Shown here: piece after piece, positions 19,109-29,413 of the stretch
Position numbering within the stretch: position 1 is the stretch's first letter
How the letters are laid out: every line of letters begins with the position of its first letter
NCBI GenBank assembly: GCA_021325135.1
Contig: JAJPHT010000029.1
Span: 160,001-224,000 of the forward strand
Direction of reading: 5' to 3'
DNA from: Pseudomonadota bacterium
Lineage (GTDB): Archaea; Thermoplasmatota; SW-10-69-26; JACQPN01; JAJPHT01
DNA length: 64,000 nucleotides
The notes under the pieces: generated by a model
Database searches by the model: none
What the model was told of the DNA's origin: nothing
Seen by the model: the letters and a program-made list of their open reading frames with translations, nothing else
Position numbers and translations under genes: made by a program

Positions 19109-22100
19109 TCACGCCTCGCGGTGGGCCTCGTGCTTGGCTGCGCGCTGCGCGTCCACGTCCTCCACGGGGACGCGGCGGGGCGGGCGGCGGTGCTCGCGGC
19201 GGAAGCGGAGCGCGGCGAAGGCGTAGCCGGACGCGCCCACGACGCCCACGCCCACGAGGACGGCCTGCGGGAGGAGGGCCATCTCGTAGGTGACGTAGAG
19301 GGCCATGGCCGCGGCGGCCGCCGCGAGGGAGACGGGCTTGCTCCAGCGCCAGACCTCGCCGCCGGGGAGGGGGCCGAAGGGCATGGCGGCGGTGGCGAGG
19401 GCCGAGACGGCCATGGCGACGCCCACGCTCTCCAGCGTGTAGAAGCCCAGGCGGCCCGCCACGAGGAAGACGAGGCTCCACGCGCTGGTGATGCCCAGGA
19501 TCGCCAGGGCGCGGTGGCCGGCGAGGCGCTTCTCGCCCTCGGTCTCCTCGACGCCGTTGTCCACGTAGCCCGGGTAGCCGAAGGGCGAGCGGAAGGCGAT
19601 GGTGGAGACGAGGAGCGACGCGACGCCCGCGACCCAGATGCGGAAGCGGACGCGCGCGCCCGAGAGGTGGGCGATGAGCGACTCGCTGCCGTACTTCTGG
19701 AGGGCGAGGAGGACGGCCGCGACGCCCACGAAGGGCAGCGTCGCGACGAAGGCCGCCCAGGTGTAGGCGCCCGCCTCGGCGATGGTGTAGAACACCGCGA
19801 TGAGGGAGACGGTGAGGACCAGCGCGATGGCGCTGGCGATGCGGCGGCGTCGCTCGATCGAAGCGAGGTCCTTGGTCCGGTCGCGCAGCGCGTCGCTGCC
19901 CGCGTCGGTGAAGAGGTCCTTGAGGTACTGCGTGAAGCTGAAGCCGGAGCTTCCGCCGCCGCTGGTGACCGCGCTGCCCGCCGCGCTGCTGACGGAGCTG
20001 GAGGCGGTCGCGGTGGCCGCGCCCATGGCGCTGGTGGTGAGGGTGTTGGTGGCCACGGTGGCGAGCGCCGCCGCGCCGACGCCCAGGGCCGCGCCGCCGT
20101 CCGCCGCGGCCGCGGTGTAGGCCGAGTTGCGCACGAGGACGCTCGTGCTGGCGAGGACGACCTCGTGGCCGTCGGGCTGGCGCTCGCGGGCCTCCACGGT
20201 GTAGTGGCCGTCGTCCTGCTGCGTGGTGTCCCAGGTGGCGTCGCTGCCGCCGCCCAGGGTGGTCTCGTGCCCCTGCTCGTCGATGACGACGAAGCGCACG
20301 CGGTCCGGGTGCGGCGCGTTGCGGAGGCTCACATGGACCTGCCCGCGGGCGCCCGCGTCCAGGCTCGCCGTGGCGTTGGCGTCCTGCGTGACCACCAGCT
20401 GCGGAGCCGGAGGGGGCGAGGAGGGGGATGCAGACGCGGGCGTGGGCGTGACGCTGGCCTGCTCCAGGGGCTGGCCGCCGCCGGAGGAGGGCGAGCCGCT
20501 GTTGCCTGAGGGCGCGGGCGTCGAGGGAGGGCGCGCGGTGGGCGAGGTGGGCGCCGTGGCGTTGTCGTTCTGCGCGGTGGCGAGGGGCGCGTCCATGCGG
20601 AAGCTGCCGCCGGAGCCCGAGGTCTCGTGGCCCGCGTGGTCGCGCGCGACGAGGCTCACCGAGTAGGAGCCGGCCGCGCGGGGGGAGAGCGTGCCCACGA
20701 AGGAGCCGCCGGCGGGCGAGAGGTCGACGCTCGTGCCGTCGGAGAGCAGCGCGCGGACGGAGGCGACGCCCGAGGCGTCGTCGTGGGCGCGCACCGTGAG
20801 CGTGACGCCGTGGCCCACCGTGGCGTTGGGCGCGGAGAGCGAGGCGCCGTCCAGCGAGGGAGGCGCGAGGTCCACCTGGAAGTCCTGCGCGTGCTCGGCC
20901 TCGTCGGGCGCGCCCGTCTGCGTGGCGTGCCAGTGGAGCGTATGGCGTCCCGCGGGGATCGCGATGGGACCCGAGTAGGCCTGGTCCGAGCCGCCGTCGA
21001 GGCGCCAGAGCAGCGAGGCGCCGGAGGAGGCGTTCAGCGCCACGCTGGGCGAGGAGACGTACCACCCTTCGCCGCCGTCGGGCGACGCGGGGGAGATTGT
21101 GGCGTGGCTCGTGGGCGAGGGGAGCGCCGGGAGCGTGGCGGTGGACTCGGGGCTCGACGAGCCTTCGCCCACGTCGTTGACTGCCGCGACGGAGTACGCG
21201 TAGGTGCCGCCGGGGCGCGCCGTGGCGTCGTCGAAGGACGTGCCCGACACGGTGGCGAGGAGCGCGCGCCCTTCGCTGGCGCGGCGGTAGAGGTGATAGC
21301 TCGTGAGGGGCGGTGAGCCCGCGTCGCCGGGCGGGGCCCACGCGACGAGGACGTGGCCATCCGCGACGGTGACCGAGGGCGCGCCGGGGGCGCCGGGCGC
21401 GTGGCGCGCGGGCGTCGGCGGGGGAGGCCGCGGCGGGGGCGGGGCGGGCGGGCTCTGCACGTCCACCGTGCCGGCGTCCGCGTCGCGCGCGTTGCCCGCG
21501 GCGTCCACGGCGTGGGCGCGCAGCGTGAGCGCGCCGGCCGGAGCGGCGTGGAGCGTGGCGTTGGCGAAGCGGCCGTCGAACGTCGTGGGCAGCGCCGCGT
21601 CGCCGACGCGCAGCGAGACGCCCGCGACGCCCGAGAGCGGATCGCTCACGGGCAGGCTGAAGGCGATGTCATCGCCAGGGCGCGGGAGCGCGGGGCTCAC
21701 CGAGAGGTTGCCCAGGATGGGCGCCTGGTCGTCGACGCGGATCTCCACCGCGTGGGGCGTCTCGTCGGGGAGGCCGTCGGCGGTGGCGTTGTACGTCAGC
21801 TCGTGGACGCCCGCGGGGATGGCAAAAGGCCCGTCGTAGATGATATCATCGCTGCCGTCGAGGCGGTAGGTGATGCGCGCGTTGTCGGGCGTCGCCGTGA
21901 GCGTCGCGTTGGGCGCGTGGACGTACCAACCGGCGGCGCCGTCGGGCGCGGGGAGCGAGAGCGTCGTCTGCACCGCGGGGCCCAGCGGCGTGAACGCGAA
22001 GGGCGCGGCGAGGCGGTTGCCCGCGAGGTCCGAGGCCCCGGTGCCCACGACGACGGGCGGGGGGGTCGTCCAGCCGTCGCGGCGCTCCAGCGCGAGGTAG

Positions 22101-25100
22101 CCCTCGTCGTACCAGACGAGGTGCCAGCCGTCGAGCCCGCGCAGCGCGGAGCCCACGGCGTACTCGCTCATGCCCTCGGAGAACTCAAGGTCGACCTCGT
22201 AGGAGACGGCCTCGGCGCGGACGGAGGCGTCCTTGGCGCGCGCGTGCGCGAGGGCCGCGTCCTCGAAGCCGCCCTGGTCGAAGCGGTCGAGACGGACCGT
22301 GGGGCGCGTGAGGTCGATGCGCACGCTGCGCTCGGCGACAGGGCTCTGGGTGCCGTTCTCGTCCAAGACCACGGCCTCCACGTCGTGCCAGCCCTCGGGG
22401 AGGGTGAGGTTGTCGCCCTGGACCCAGTCGCCGTCGTCCACGCGGTAGGCCAGCGTGGAGAGGTTGAGGGCGCCCGTGCCGGCGACGGGGGCGAGCGTCA
22501 CGTGGACGGGGCTCGTGTAGACGCCTTCGTGGCCGTCGGGCGTCGCGGGGTCGAGGTCGAGGCGGACGCATGGCGGGACCGTCGCGTCGGGGGAGGGCTC
22601 GTAGGCGAGGGAGGCACGCGGGCCTTCGCCCGCGGCGTTGCGCGCGGCCACGGAGTACGTGGCGGGGAGCGACGCGTCGAAGGCGGGGTCGGACGCGCCC
22701 GGCTTGCCCACCTGCGCGACGAGGACGTCGCCTTCGCAGGGCGTCGAGCGGAAGAGGTCGTAGCCGAGGATGGCCGCGCCGCCGTCGCCCTCAGGCGCGC
22801 TCCACGAGAGGGAGGCGCCGCCCTGCTCGGAGGGCGTGAGCGAGAGGCCCGTGGGGGCGTCGGGGGGCGTGGCGTTGGGGGGCGTGAAGAGGATGCCCGC
22901 GTCGGCGAGGCCGAAGAGGCCGTGGCGGTAGCTCAGCCCGATGGCGCCGCTGGGGTCCTCGATGCCCACCGTCCGGAGGTGGCTGCCGTCGCTGGGCACG
23001 TCGGCGCTCTGCACCTCGACCTGGTTGGTGCCCTCGTGGAGGATGATCTCGAACGTGACGGGCTCGCGGTGGTAGAACTGCGAGACGCCCTCCCACGAGA
23101 CGACGAAGGAGCGCTCGGGGGCCTGGCCCAGGGTGGCGACGTGGATCGTGCCTTCGCCGGGGGCGTAGAGGTCCTCCCAGTCGCCCGCGATGACGTCGTG
23201 GAGGTAGGAGCCGGGGATCGCCTGGCCGTTGCAGCACCCCTGGCTCGTGCCGGGGTCGAAGGCGAGGAAGCCGTTGCTGCCCACGTAGAGGGAGTCGTGG
23301 GTCTGGCCGTAGAAGGTGAAGTTGAACCCGATGGGGACGAGGGTGCTCAGCACGTCGTCCTCCAAGGGGAGGGGCACGCCGCCGGTGGCGTCGACCCAGC
23401 GGAAGTCCGTGGTGGCGCACGAGTAGCCCGCGGCGTCGGTGGCCGTCTCGCAGGGGGCGAGGTCGCCGGCGCTCAGCGAGGCCGCGAGCGCGCCGGGGGC
23501 GTCGCCCGGCTCGCCGTAGGCCACGAGGCGATAATGATAGCGCGCGTGGGCGTCGAGGCCCTCGTCCTGGTAGCCCGTGGCGTCGGCGCCGAGGCTCGCG
23601 ACGTACCGGTTCTCGTAGCCCTCCGCGGTGCCGCGGTAGAGGCGGTAGCCCGCGAGGCCTTCGCCCAGCGTGCGCGGCGCGGTCCAGTTGAGCTGCACGC
23701 TGCCGGGCTCGCTCCCAGGAACGGCGGTGAGGTTCTGCGCCTCGCTGAGGTGGTCGCCGGGGAGGAAGAGCGTGGCGGCGTGGTGCAGCGCGTCCGCGCC
23801 GTAGAGCGCGCGCAGGCCCGAGGAGCCCTCGGGGCTCTCGATGCCCGTGACGTGGACGCGGCCGTCGGAGGGGGCGTCCACGACCTGCGTCTCGATGATA
23901 TCAGACGACTCGTGGAGGATGACCTGGAAGGTGGAGGGGGCGGCGCCGTCGGGGTTGGGGACTCCGCTCCACTCGGCGACGAACTCGCGCTCGGGGGCCG
24001 AGCCCAGCGTGGCGTAGCGCACGGCGCCGGCGAGGCCGGGGTCGAGGTCGCCCCAGTGGCCCGCGACGAGGTCGTTGGGCGCGTTGGCGTCGGGGACCTC
24101 CTGGCCCGCGCAGCAGCCGGCCGTCTCGTCGTCCTGGAACGTGAGGTAGCCGTTGGGCGAGAGGTAGGCGTGGTCGTGGGCCTCGCCGTAGAAGGAGAAC
24201 GAGAAGCCCAGGGGGATGGGCTCCGAGAGCCCCTCGTCGCCCAGGTGGACGAGGGTGGCGTTGGAGGGCAGCGCGCGCGGCGCGAAGGGCGTCTCCTCGC
24301 ACGCGTAGCCGAAGGTGTCGTTGACCATGCCGCAGGCGGGCTGGAAGGGGGCGTCGCCGCAGGGCGCGGCGTCGCGCACGAGGCAGTCGGCGTCCAGGAC
24401 GCCGGCTCCGGTGGCGTCGTCGTGGCCCCGCGCGCCCACGTCGCGGGCGGTGGCGAGGAGGCGCGCGCGAAGCTGCGCGGCGGTGAGGTCGGGGTTGGCG
24501 CTCCACGCGAGGGCCAGGGAGCCGCTCACGAAGGCGGTGCTCATGCTGGTGCCCGAGAGGGAGGCGTACGACGAGTCGTCGCCGTCCCACGTCGAGAGCA
24601 CGCCCTCGCCGGGCGCCGCGATGGCGACCTGCGGGCCCTTGGAGGAGAAGGAGCAGGGGAGGTCCGAGCCGTCGACGCACGAGACGGCGATGACGTCGGG
24701 GAGGCGGGCGGGGAAGAGGACGCAGTCGTTGCAGCCCTCGTTGCCGCTGGCGGCGACCACGAGCTTGCCGTGCGCAGCCGCGTAGGCGACGGCGTCGTCC
24801 AGGGCGGAGGAGTCGGCCTCGCCGCCCAGCGACATGGAGATCACCGTGCGCGGCGGCGTGTGGCCGACGCACCAGGTGACGCCCTGCGCGATGACGTCCA
24901 TGCTGCCCATGCCGGCGAAGTCCAGGACCTTGACGCCGTAGAGGCTGACGTTGGCGACGCCCGCGATGCCCAGGCCGTTGTCCACGGTGGCCGCGGCGAT
25001 GCCCGAGACGTGCGTGCCGTGGCCGTTGTCGTCCATCGGGTCGTCGTCGCCGTTGACGAAGTCGTGCCCGCCCATCCAGCGCGTGCCGTTGAGGTCCTCG

Positions 25101-25570
25101 TGGGTGTAACGGACGCCAGTGTCCACGACGCAGAGGGAGGCGTTGGCCGCGTCGCCGAAGCCGGCGGTGGCCCACGCGAGGCCCGCGTGGATCTGCGCGA
25201 GGCCCTCCTGGTCTGCGAAGGAGGGGTCGTTGGGCGCGACGGGTGTGGCGGCCTCGTCCAGAAGGAGCGTGAGGGTGGGGGCGGCCTCGACGGACTCGAC
25301 GCGCGGGTCCGCGGCGGCGCGCTGCGGGAAGGAGGGGTCGGTGGAGACGACCGAGACGCGCTGGATGGGCGCGTTCACGGCGACGACGCGCGCGCCGTCA
25401 AAGGAGCTGCCCACGTCCGCGGAGGGCTCGCCCCGCAGGTGGAGGACGTAGCGCGTCTCGGCGGCGCGGGCGGTGGCGCCGAAGGAGGGGGCGAGGACGA
25501 GAAGGGCCAGCGCGAGGCACGCGGCGCGGGTCGTGGTCGTGGAGCGGGATGAATGAATGCGGGTCGCCAA
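19109..25570 (-). CDS. Giant S8 subtilase surface protein with repeated beta domains, FN3/Ig-like modules and a multi-pass membrane C-terminus
   Basis: Signal peptide; catalytic triad motifs VVDTG / NGHGTHVSG / SGTSM; two 'PLGFSFSFYG...SPNG.L.F' repeats; FN3 repeats; Ser/Pro linker; TM region. Confidence 0.88.
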   Translation of the reverse strand: MATRIHSSRSTTTTRAACLALALLVLAPSFGATARAAETRYVLHLRGEPSADVGSSFDGARVVAVNAPIQRVSVVSTDPSFPQRAAADPRVESVEAAPTLTLLLDEAATPVAPNDPSFADQEGLAQIHAGLAWATAGFGDAANASLCVVDTGVRYTHEDLNGTRWMGGHDFVNGDDDPMDDNGHGTHVSGIAAATVDNGLGIAGVANVSLYGVKVLDFAGMGSMDVIAQGVTWCVGHTPPRTVISMSLGGEADSSALDDAVAYAAAHGKLVVAASGNEGCNDCVLFPARLPDVIAVSCVDGSDLPCSFSSKGPQVAIAAPGEGVLSTWDGDDSSYASLSGTSMSTAFVSGSLALAWSANPDLTAAQLRARLLATARDVGARGHDDATGAGVLDADCLVRDAAPCGDAPFQPACGMVNDTFGYACEETPFAPRALPSNATLVHLGDEGLSEPIPLGFSFSFYGEAHDHAYLSPNGYLTFQDDETAGCCAGQEVPDANAPNDLVAGHWGDLDPGLAGAVRYATLGSAPEREFVAEWSGVPNPDGAAPSTFQVILHESSDIIETQVVDAPSDGRVHVTGIESPEGSSGLRALYGADALHHAATLFLPGDHLSEAQNLTAVPGSEPGSVQLNWTAPRTLGEGLAGYRLYRGTAEGYENRYVASLGADATGYQDEGLDAHARYHYRLVAYGEPGDAPGALAASLSAGDLAPCETATDAAGYSCATTDFRWVDATGGVPLPLEDDVLSTLVPIGFNFTFYGQTHDSLYVGSNGFLAFDPGTSQGCCNGQAIPGSYLHDVIAGDWEDLYAPGEGTIHVATLGQAPERSFVVSWEGVSQFYHREPVTFEIILHEGTNQVEVQSADVPSDGSHLRTVGIEDPSGAIGLSYRHGLFGLADAGILFTPPNATPPDAPTGLSLTPSEQGGASLSWSAPEGDGGAAILGYDLFRSTPCEGDVLVAQVGKPGASDPAFDASLPATYSVAARNAAGEGPRASLAYEPSPDATVPPCVRLDLDPATPDGHEGVYTSPVHVTLAPVAGTGALNLSTLAYRVDDGDWVQGDNLTLPEGWHDVEAVVLDENGTQSPVAERSVRIDLTRPTVRLDRFDQGGFEDAALAHARAKDASVRAEAVSYEVDLEFSEGMSEYAVGSALRGLDGWHLVWYDEGYLALERRDGWTTPPPVVVGTGASDLAGNRLAAPFAFTPLGPAVQTTLSLPAPDGAAGWYVHAPNATLTATPDNARITYRLDGSDDIIYDGPFAIPAGVHELTYNATADGLPDETPHAVEIRVDDQAPILGNLSVSPALPRPGDDIAFSLPVSDPLSGVAGVSLRVGDAALPTTFDGRFANATLHAAPAGALTLRAHAVDAAGNARDADAGTVDVQSPPAPPPPRPPPPTPARHAPGAPGAPSVTVADGHVLVAWAPPGDAGSPPLTSYHLYRRASEGRALLATVSGTSFDDATARPGGTYAYSVAAVNDVGEGSSSPESTATLPALPSPTSHATISPASPDGGEGWYVSSPSVALNASSGASLLWRLDGGSDQAYSGPIAIPAGRHTLHWHATQTGAPDEAEHAQDFQVDLAPPSLDGASLSAPNATVGHGVTLTVRAHDDASGVASVRALLSDGTSVDLSPAGGSFVGTLSPRAAGSYSVSLVARDHAGHETSGSGGSFRMDAPLATAQNDNATAPTSPTARPPSTPAPSGNSGSPSSGGGQPLEQASVTPTPASASPSSPPPAPQLVVTQDANATASLDAGARGQVHVSLRNAPHPDRVRFVVIDEQGHETTLGGGSDATWDTTQQDDGHYTVEARERQPDGHEVVLASTSVLVRNSAYTAAAADGGAALGVGAAALATVATNTLTTSAMGAATATASSSVSSAAGSAVTSGGGSSGFSFTQYLKDLFTDAGSDALRDRTKDLASIERRRRIASAIALVLTVSLIAVFYTIAEAGAYTWAAFVATLPFVGVAAVLLALQKYGSESLIAHLSGARVRFRIWVAGVASLLVSTIAFRSPFGYPGYVDNGVEETEGEKRLAGHRALAILGITSAWSLVFLVAGRLGFYTLESVGVAMAVSALATAAMPFGPLPGGEVWRWSKPVSLAAAAAAMALYVTYEMALLPQAVLVGVGVVGASGYAFAALRFRREHRRPPRRVPVEDVDAQRAAKHEAHREA

Positions 25571-25650
25571 GCGGCCGCCTCCCGCGCGGCCGTAGGTGCT
25601 CGCCTTGAAAGCCTTTTCCGTGCCCGGATTCGCCGGGGTGGAGGACTCCT

Positions 25651-26028
25651 CTATCCGAGAACTCCACCGCCGCCGTTGGAGGCGGCGCAGCGCGCGGCGG
25701 CGCCGAGGTTGCTCTGGCCGGTGGCGGAGTCGTAGACCAGCGCGCCCGACTTGTCGAAGACGCGGTAGGCCTGCGTGTTCACGTGGAACTGGACCTGATA
25801 GCCCACGCAGACGAAGTCCGCGACGTTGGAGGGGATCGTCTTCTGGACGTGGACGCCGGGGAGGAGCTTGGGCGTCACGACGACGTAGGGGTTGCCCGAG
25901 GAGTCGGTGCCCTTGCCGGTGATGGTGGCCTGCGCGGCGTAGTCGGTGAAGTAGAGGTAGGCGGCGATGCCCACCAGCGCGAGGACGAGGACGCCCAAGA
26001 CGGTGAAGACGCCCTTGAGGAGGCCCAT
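25651..26028 (-). CDS. Hypothetical membrane-anchored protein
   Basis: N-terminal TM helix, host-like codons. Confidence 0.7.
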   Translation of the reverse strand: MGLLKGVFTVLGVLVLALVGIAAYLYFTDYAAQATITGKGTDSSGNPYVVVTPKLLPGVHVQKTIPSNVADFVCVGYQVQFHVNTQAYRVFDKSGALVYDSATGQSNLGAAARCAASNGGGGVLG

Positions 26029-26080
26029 GGGGCGCGCATGGCGGGGGGTTCGGAAAAAGGCGAGCCTTGACGGCGCATGC

Positions 26081-26686
26081 TCAGAGCGTCAGGCTGCATC
26101 GCATGGAGGGGCCTGAGGGGAGGGGTGCGATGGCGCAGGTGGCGAGGAAGGGGGCGCGCGTGGCGACGACGAGGCCGTATCCTTGCGCCTCGGGGTGGAC
26201 CACCTGCTCGAGGGTCCAGCCTGCGTCCTGGAATCTGCTGGCGGTGTCGTTCACCACGGCTGAGGCGTTGGCGTCCGCGGGGTAGGCCACGGAGAGGAAC
26301 GCGAGGGGGTGGCCCGCCGCGGCGACGGGGCCCGAGGAGGCGGAGGCGGAGGATTCGCCCGGCGCGCGGGGGAGGTGCGCCGCCATGTCGCGGAGCATGA
26401 ACGGGAGCGGCGCGTTGACCACGAGCACCAGCGCGACGCCCACGGCGGGGGCGGCGGCCGCCAGCGACAGGGGCGAGAGGCGTAGCGCGAGGCCCACCGT
26501 GAGGGTGAGGGCCACGAGGAGCGCCAGCGCGCCGACGTAGGACCACGGGGCGCGGGTCGCGAAGGCCGCGAGGCCGCGGTCCAGCGCCACCACGAGGAGG
26601 ACCACCAGCAGGACCGCGGACGCCAGGTAGGCCGGGAGGGCCCAGGGGCGGCGGCGACGAGGGGCTAGGTTCAAGGGAATGCCCAC
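26081..26686 (-). CDS. Hypothetical membrane protein
   Basis: Three hydrophobic segments; start uncertain. Confidence 0.55.
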   Translation of the reverse strand: MGIPLNLAPRRRRPWALPAYLASAVLLVVLLVVALDRGLAAFATRAPWSYVGALALLVALTLTVGLALRLSPLSLAAAAPAVGVALVLVVNAPLPFMLRDMAAHLPRAPGESSASASSGPVAAAGHPLAFLSVAYPADANASAVVNDTASRFQDAGWTLEQVVHPEAQGYGLVVATRAPFLATCAIAPLPSGPSMRCSLTL

Positions 26687-26741
26687 GTTCGGAGGCGTCA
26701 ACGGCCCGGGAACGGGCTCCTTCCGCTTCAGGTGCGCGGCG

Positions 26742-27857
26742 ATGGCGACCAAGGCCGACTACTACGAGCTGCTGGGCGTCCCCCGCGACGCCAGCGCCGA
26801 GGACGTGAAGAAGGCGTACCGCAGGCTGGCGCTCCAGTACCACCCCGACCGCAACCGGGAGCCGGGGGCCGAGGAGCGCTTCAAGGAGATCAGCGAGGCC
26901 TACGCGGTCCTCAGCGACGCCGAGAAGCGGAAGACCTACGACCAGTTCGGGCACGCCGGGTTCGACGAGCGCTACACCCAGGAGGACATCTTCCGCGGGG
27001 CGGACTTCGGCGACATGGGCTTCGACATGGGGAGCATATTCCGCACCATCTTCGGGGCCGGCTTCGGCGGCGGGCCGCAGGGCGGGCGCAACCTCGAGAC
27101 CTCCCTGGAGATCACCCTGGAGGACGTGGCCAACGGGGGCGAGAAGGAGGTGCGCGTGACGCGGCTGGAGCGGTGCGAGTCGTGCGGCGGCTCGGGCGCC
27201 AAGCCCGGCACGCGGCCCACGCGCTGCCCGACGTGCCGCGGCCACGGCCAGGTGGCGCGCCAGATGCGCACGCCCTTCGGCCTGGTGCAGACCGCGGGCC
27301 CCTGCCCCCAGTGCGGCGGCCGCGGCGAGGTCGTCGCGACGCCCGACCCCGCGTGCAAGGGCGAAGGGCGCATCCAGCGCACGCGCACGCTCAACATCCG
27401 CATCCCAGAAGGCGTTCCCGACGGGGGCACGCTGCGCCTGCGCGGCGAGGGCGAGGCCGGCCCTGACGGATTCCCCGACGGCGACCTCTACGTGCACGTC
27501 CGCGTGAAGCCGCACGCGGTCTTCCAGCGCGACGGCGACGACCTGCACGTCCCCGTGCCGCTCACCTTCAGCCAGGCGGCGCTGGGCGACGAGGTGGACG
27601 TGCCGCTGCTGGAGGGCAAGCAGGACCGCATCATCATCCCGGCGGGCACGCAGGGGGGCGAGGTCTTCCGCCTGCGCGGCAAGGGGCTCCCCAGCCTCAA
27701 CGGCAGCCGCCGCGGCGACCTCCTGGCCCACGCCCGCGTCTACACGCCCGTGAAGCTGAGCGCGGAGGAGCGGAAGCTCTTCGAGGAGCTTGCGCGGCTC
27801 GAAGGGCGCGAGCCGAGGAAGGGGTTCTTCTCCGACCTCAAGAAGAAGCTGGGATGA
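26742..27857 (+). CDS. dnaJ: Molecular chaperone DnaJ
   Basis: DYYELLGV...YHPDRN J-domain, G/F region, CxxCxGxG repeats, GDLYV C-terminal domain. Confidence 0.96.
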   Translation: MATKADYYELLGVPRDASAEDVKKAYRRLALQYHPDRNREPGAEERFKEISEAYAVLSDAEKRKTYDQFGHAGFDERYTQEDIFRGADFGDMGFDMGSIFRTIFGAGFGGGPQGGRNLETSLEITLEDVANGGEKEVRVTRLERCESCGGSGAKPGTRPTRCPTCRGHGQVARQMRTPFGLVQTAGPCPQCGGRGEVVATPDPACKGEGRIQRTRTLNIRIPEGVPDGGTLRLRGEGEAGPDGFPDGDLYVHVRVKPHAVFQRDGDDLHVPVPLTFSQAALGDEVDVPLLEGKQDRIIIPAGTQGGEVFRLRGKGLPSLNGSRRGDLLAHARVYTPVKLSAEERKLFEELARLEGREPRKGFFSDLKKKLG

Positions 27858-28011
27858 GGAGCGCCGGGCGCGCCAGGATACGAGGTCGAGCCGCCAGCGC
27901 GATGGCCTCCAGCGCGAGGTCCACGTCCATCTCCAGCGCGCAGCCGACGCCCGCCTCGAAGTGCTCGCACGAGCGGCATCTCGCGGGGGACTTGCACGAC
28001 ATCGACTCCAT
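27838..28011 (-). CDS. Possible 57-aa Cys-rich microprotein
   Basis: [38 protein letters not shown]...; fills an otherwise empty gap. Confidence 0.45.
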   Translation of the reverse strand: MESMSCKSPARCRSCEHFEAGVGCALEMDVDLALEAIALAARPRILARPALLIPASS

Positions 28012-28143
28012 GGGCCACGCGCCATGCGTCCAGTGGACACGAGGGGTCATGGGGGTGCCCATGGGGGAGGGGGCGCCGAAAGTGGAGGCGGGCGGGCGTT
28101 CCTCCGGCGTCACCCTTAAGGAGCGCGCCCCGTCTGGGACCCT

Positions 28144-28578
28144 GTGCCCGTCACGCGCCTGGAGCTCACCGGCATCGAGGCCAAGCGGTACTCGAAGACC
28201 AACGAGCGGCTCCCGCAGATCCGGATCGACCACTCCTCCACCGTGACGCTGGTGAAGGAGCTGACGCCCCAGGAGGTCAACGTGGAGTTCCGCTACACGG
28301 CCGCCTACGGCGCCGTGGGCGTCATCCGCATCGAGGGGAACATGAACTTCACCTGCGACGCGAAGGCCTTCGAGACGCAATGGCGCACCACGAGCCAGAT
28401 GCCCCACGAGGCCGCGACCGAGATCCACAGCACCGTCATGCGCGCGTGCGTGCCCCAGGCCGTGGGCATCGCGAAGGACCTCCAGCTCCCTCCCCCCATC
28501 CCGCTCCCGCAGGTGAACTTCGGCCCCCAGCAGCAGGCGCAGAAGGCCGGCGCGGTGCACGGGCCCGAAGTGATGTGA
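28144..28578 (+). CDS. Conserved archaeal hypothetical protein (SecB-like pattern)
   Basis: IEAKR...IRIDHSSTV...GVIRIEG...IAKDLQLPPPIPLP; CTTAAG box about 28 nt upstream. Confidence 0.75.
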   Translation: MPVTRLELTGIEAKRYSKTNERLPQIRIDHSSTVTLVKELTPQEVNVEFRYTAAYGAVGVIRIEGNMNFTCDAKAFETQWRTTSQMPHEAATEIHSTVMRACVPQAVGIAKDLQLPPPIPLPQVNFGPQQQAQKAGAVHGPEVM

Positions 28579-28670
28579 TATCACGGCTCGCGATAGCAGA
28601 ATGAGAAGCCATCAAGCTATCAAAATGGATTGATAGCATGCGCTTGCGCGACCTCGAACGGATGCTATCA
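28575..28670. repeat. AT-rich array of GATAKC motifs
   Basis: GATATC 28577, GATAGC 28592, GCTATC 28616, GATAGC 28632, GCTATC 28664. Confidence 0.75.
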
Positions 28671-29261
28671 CGCGTCCCGCCGCACCCTTCCCCCAAGCTG
28701 GAGCTGGAGCAGTACGCGACGCCCGCCGACCTGGCGGGGCCGCTCCTGCACGAGGCGCTCGCGCTGGGCGACGTCGAGGGGAAGCGCGTCGTCGACCTGG
28801 GGTGCGGCACGGGCGTCTTCGCCCTGGGCGCCTCGATCTTGGGCGCGGCCGAGGTCGCGGGCGTCGACGTGGACGCCAGCGCGCTGGCCGTCGCGCGGCG
28901 CGAGGCCGATCGCCTGGGCGCGCGCGTCGAGTGGGTCGAGGCCGACGTGCGCGCGTGGCGCGGCGCGGCCGACACCGTGCTCATGAACCCGCCCTTCGGC
29001 GCGCAGGCGCGCGGCGCGGACCGCGCCTTCCTGGACGCCGCGTTCCGCGCGGCGCCGGTCGTCTACTCGCTGCACAACGCGGGGACGCGCGCGTTCGTGG
29101 AGGAATACGCCGCGGCGGCCGGCTTCCGCGCCACGCACGCGTGGGCCATGCGCTTCGCCCTTCGGCACACCTACCGCCACCACGAGAAGGCCGTCCAGGA
29201 GATCGACGTCGTCGCGCTCCGGCTTTGCCGTGATTCCGTCACCGAAGCCCGGGATGAGTAG
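28638..29261 (+). CDS. METTL5-family (N6-adenine-type) methyltransferase
   Basis: LEQYATP, VDLGCGTG, MNPPFG, YSLH. Confidence 0.9.
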   Translation: MRLRDLERMLSRVPPHPSPKLELEQYATPADLAGPLLHEALALGDVEGKRVVDLGCGTGVFALGASILGAAEVAGVDVDASALAVARREADRLGARVEWVEADVRAWRGAADTVLMNPPFGAQARGADRAFLDAAFRAAPVVYSLHNAGTRAFVEEYAAAAGFRATHAWAMRFALRHTYRHHEKAVQEIDVVALRLCRDSVTEARDE

Positions 29262-29377
29262 GACTTTGTCACGGCGCCACCACAGGTGCCGCCGAGATTC
29301 GACAATCTGTCACTGAAGAACCGTACTTCAAGAACTCGATCAGCCAAACAGCAGCCGCGACGGTCGCCCGATGCGGC

Positions 29378-29384
29378 TTTATAT
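29378..29384 (+). promoter_or_regulatory. TATA box for csl4-rpoL
   Basis: TTTATAT about 30 nt upstream of the csl4 ATG. Confidence 0.65.
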
Positions 29385-29413
29385 GAGCGCCCCTTTGCCC
29401 GCTCCGGGTTTTC

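Noticed and set aside
21353-25552. Very long antisense or alternate-frame ORFs (e.g. 21353-25552 +, 35318-38935 -, 53202-56402 -, 7284-8873 -)
   Set aside because: Shadow ORFs of high-GC genes: Arg/Gly/Ala-rich, with no motifs, overlapping well-supported genes.
18872-25570. Island integrated at tRNA-Gly
   Set aside because: No integrase, no repeated tRNA 3' end found, and host-like codon usage.
27170-27370. DnaJ fourth zinc motif reads DPACKGEG, and the gene is not beside dnaK/grpE
   Set aside because: A single substitution and an orphan dnaJ are both common, so this is not evidence of novelty.
29250-29316. C/D box sRNA
   Set aside because: The C box (GGATGA) is poor and no convincing C'/D' boxes are present.
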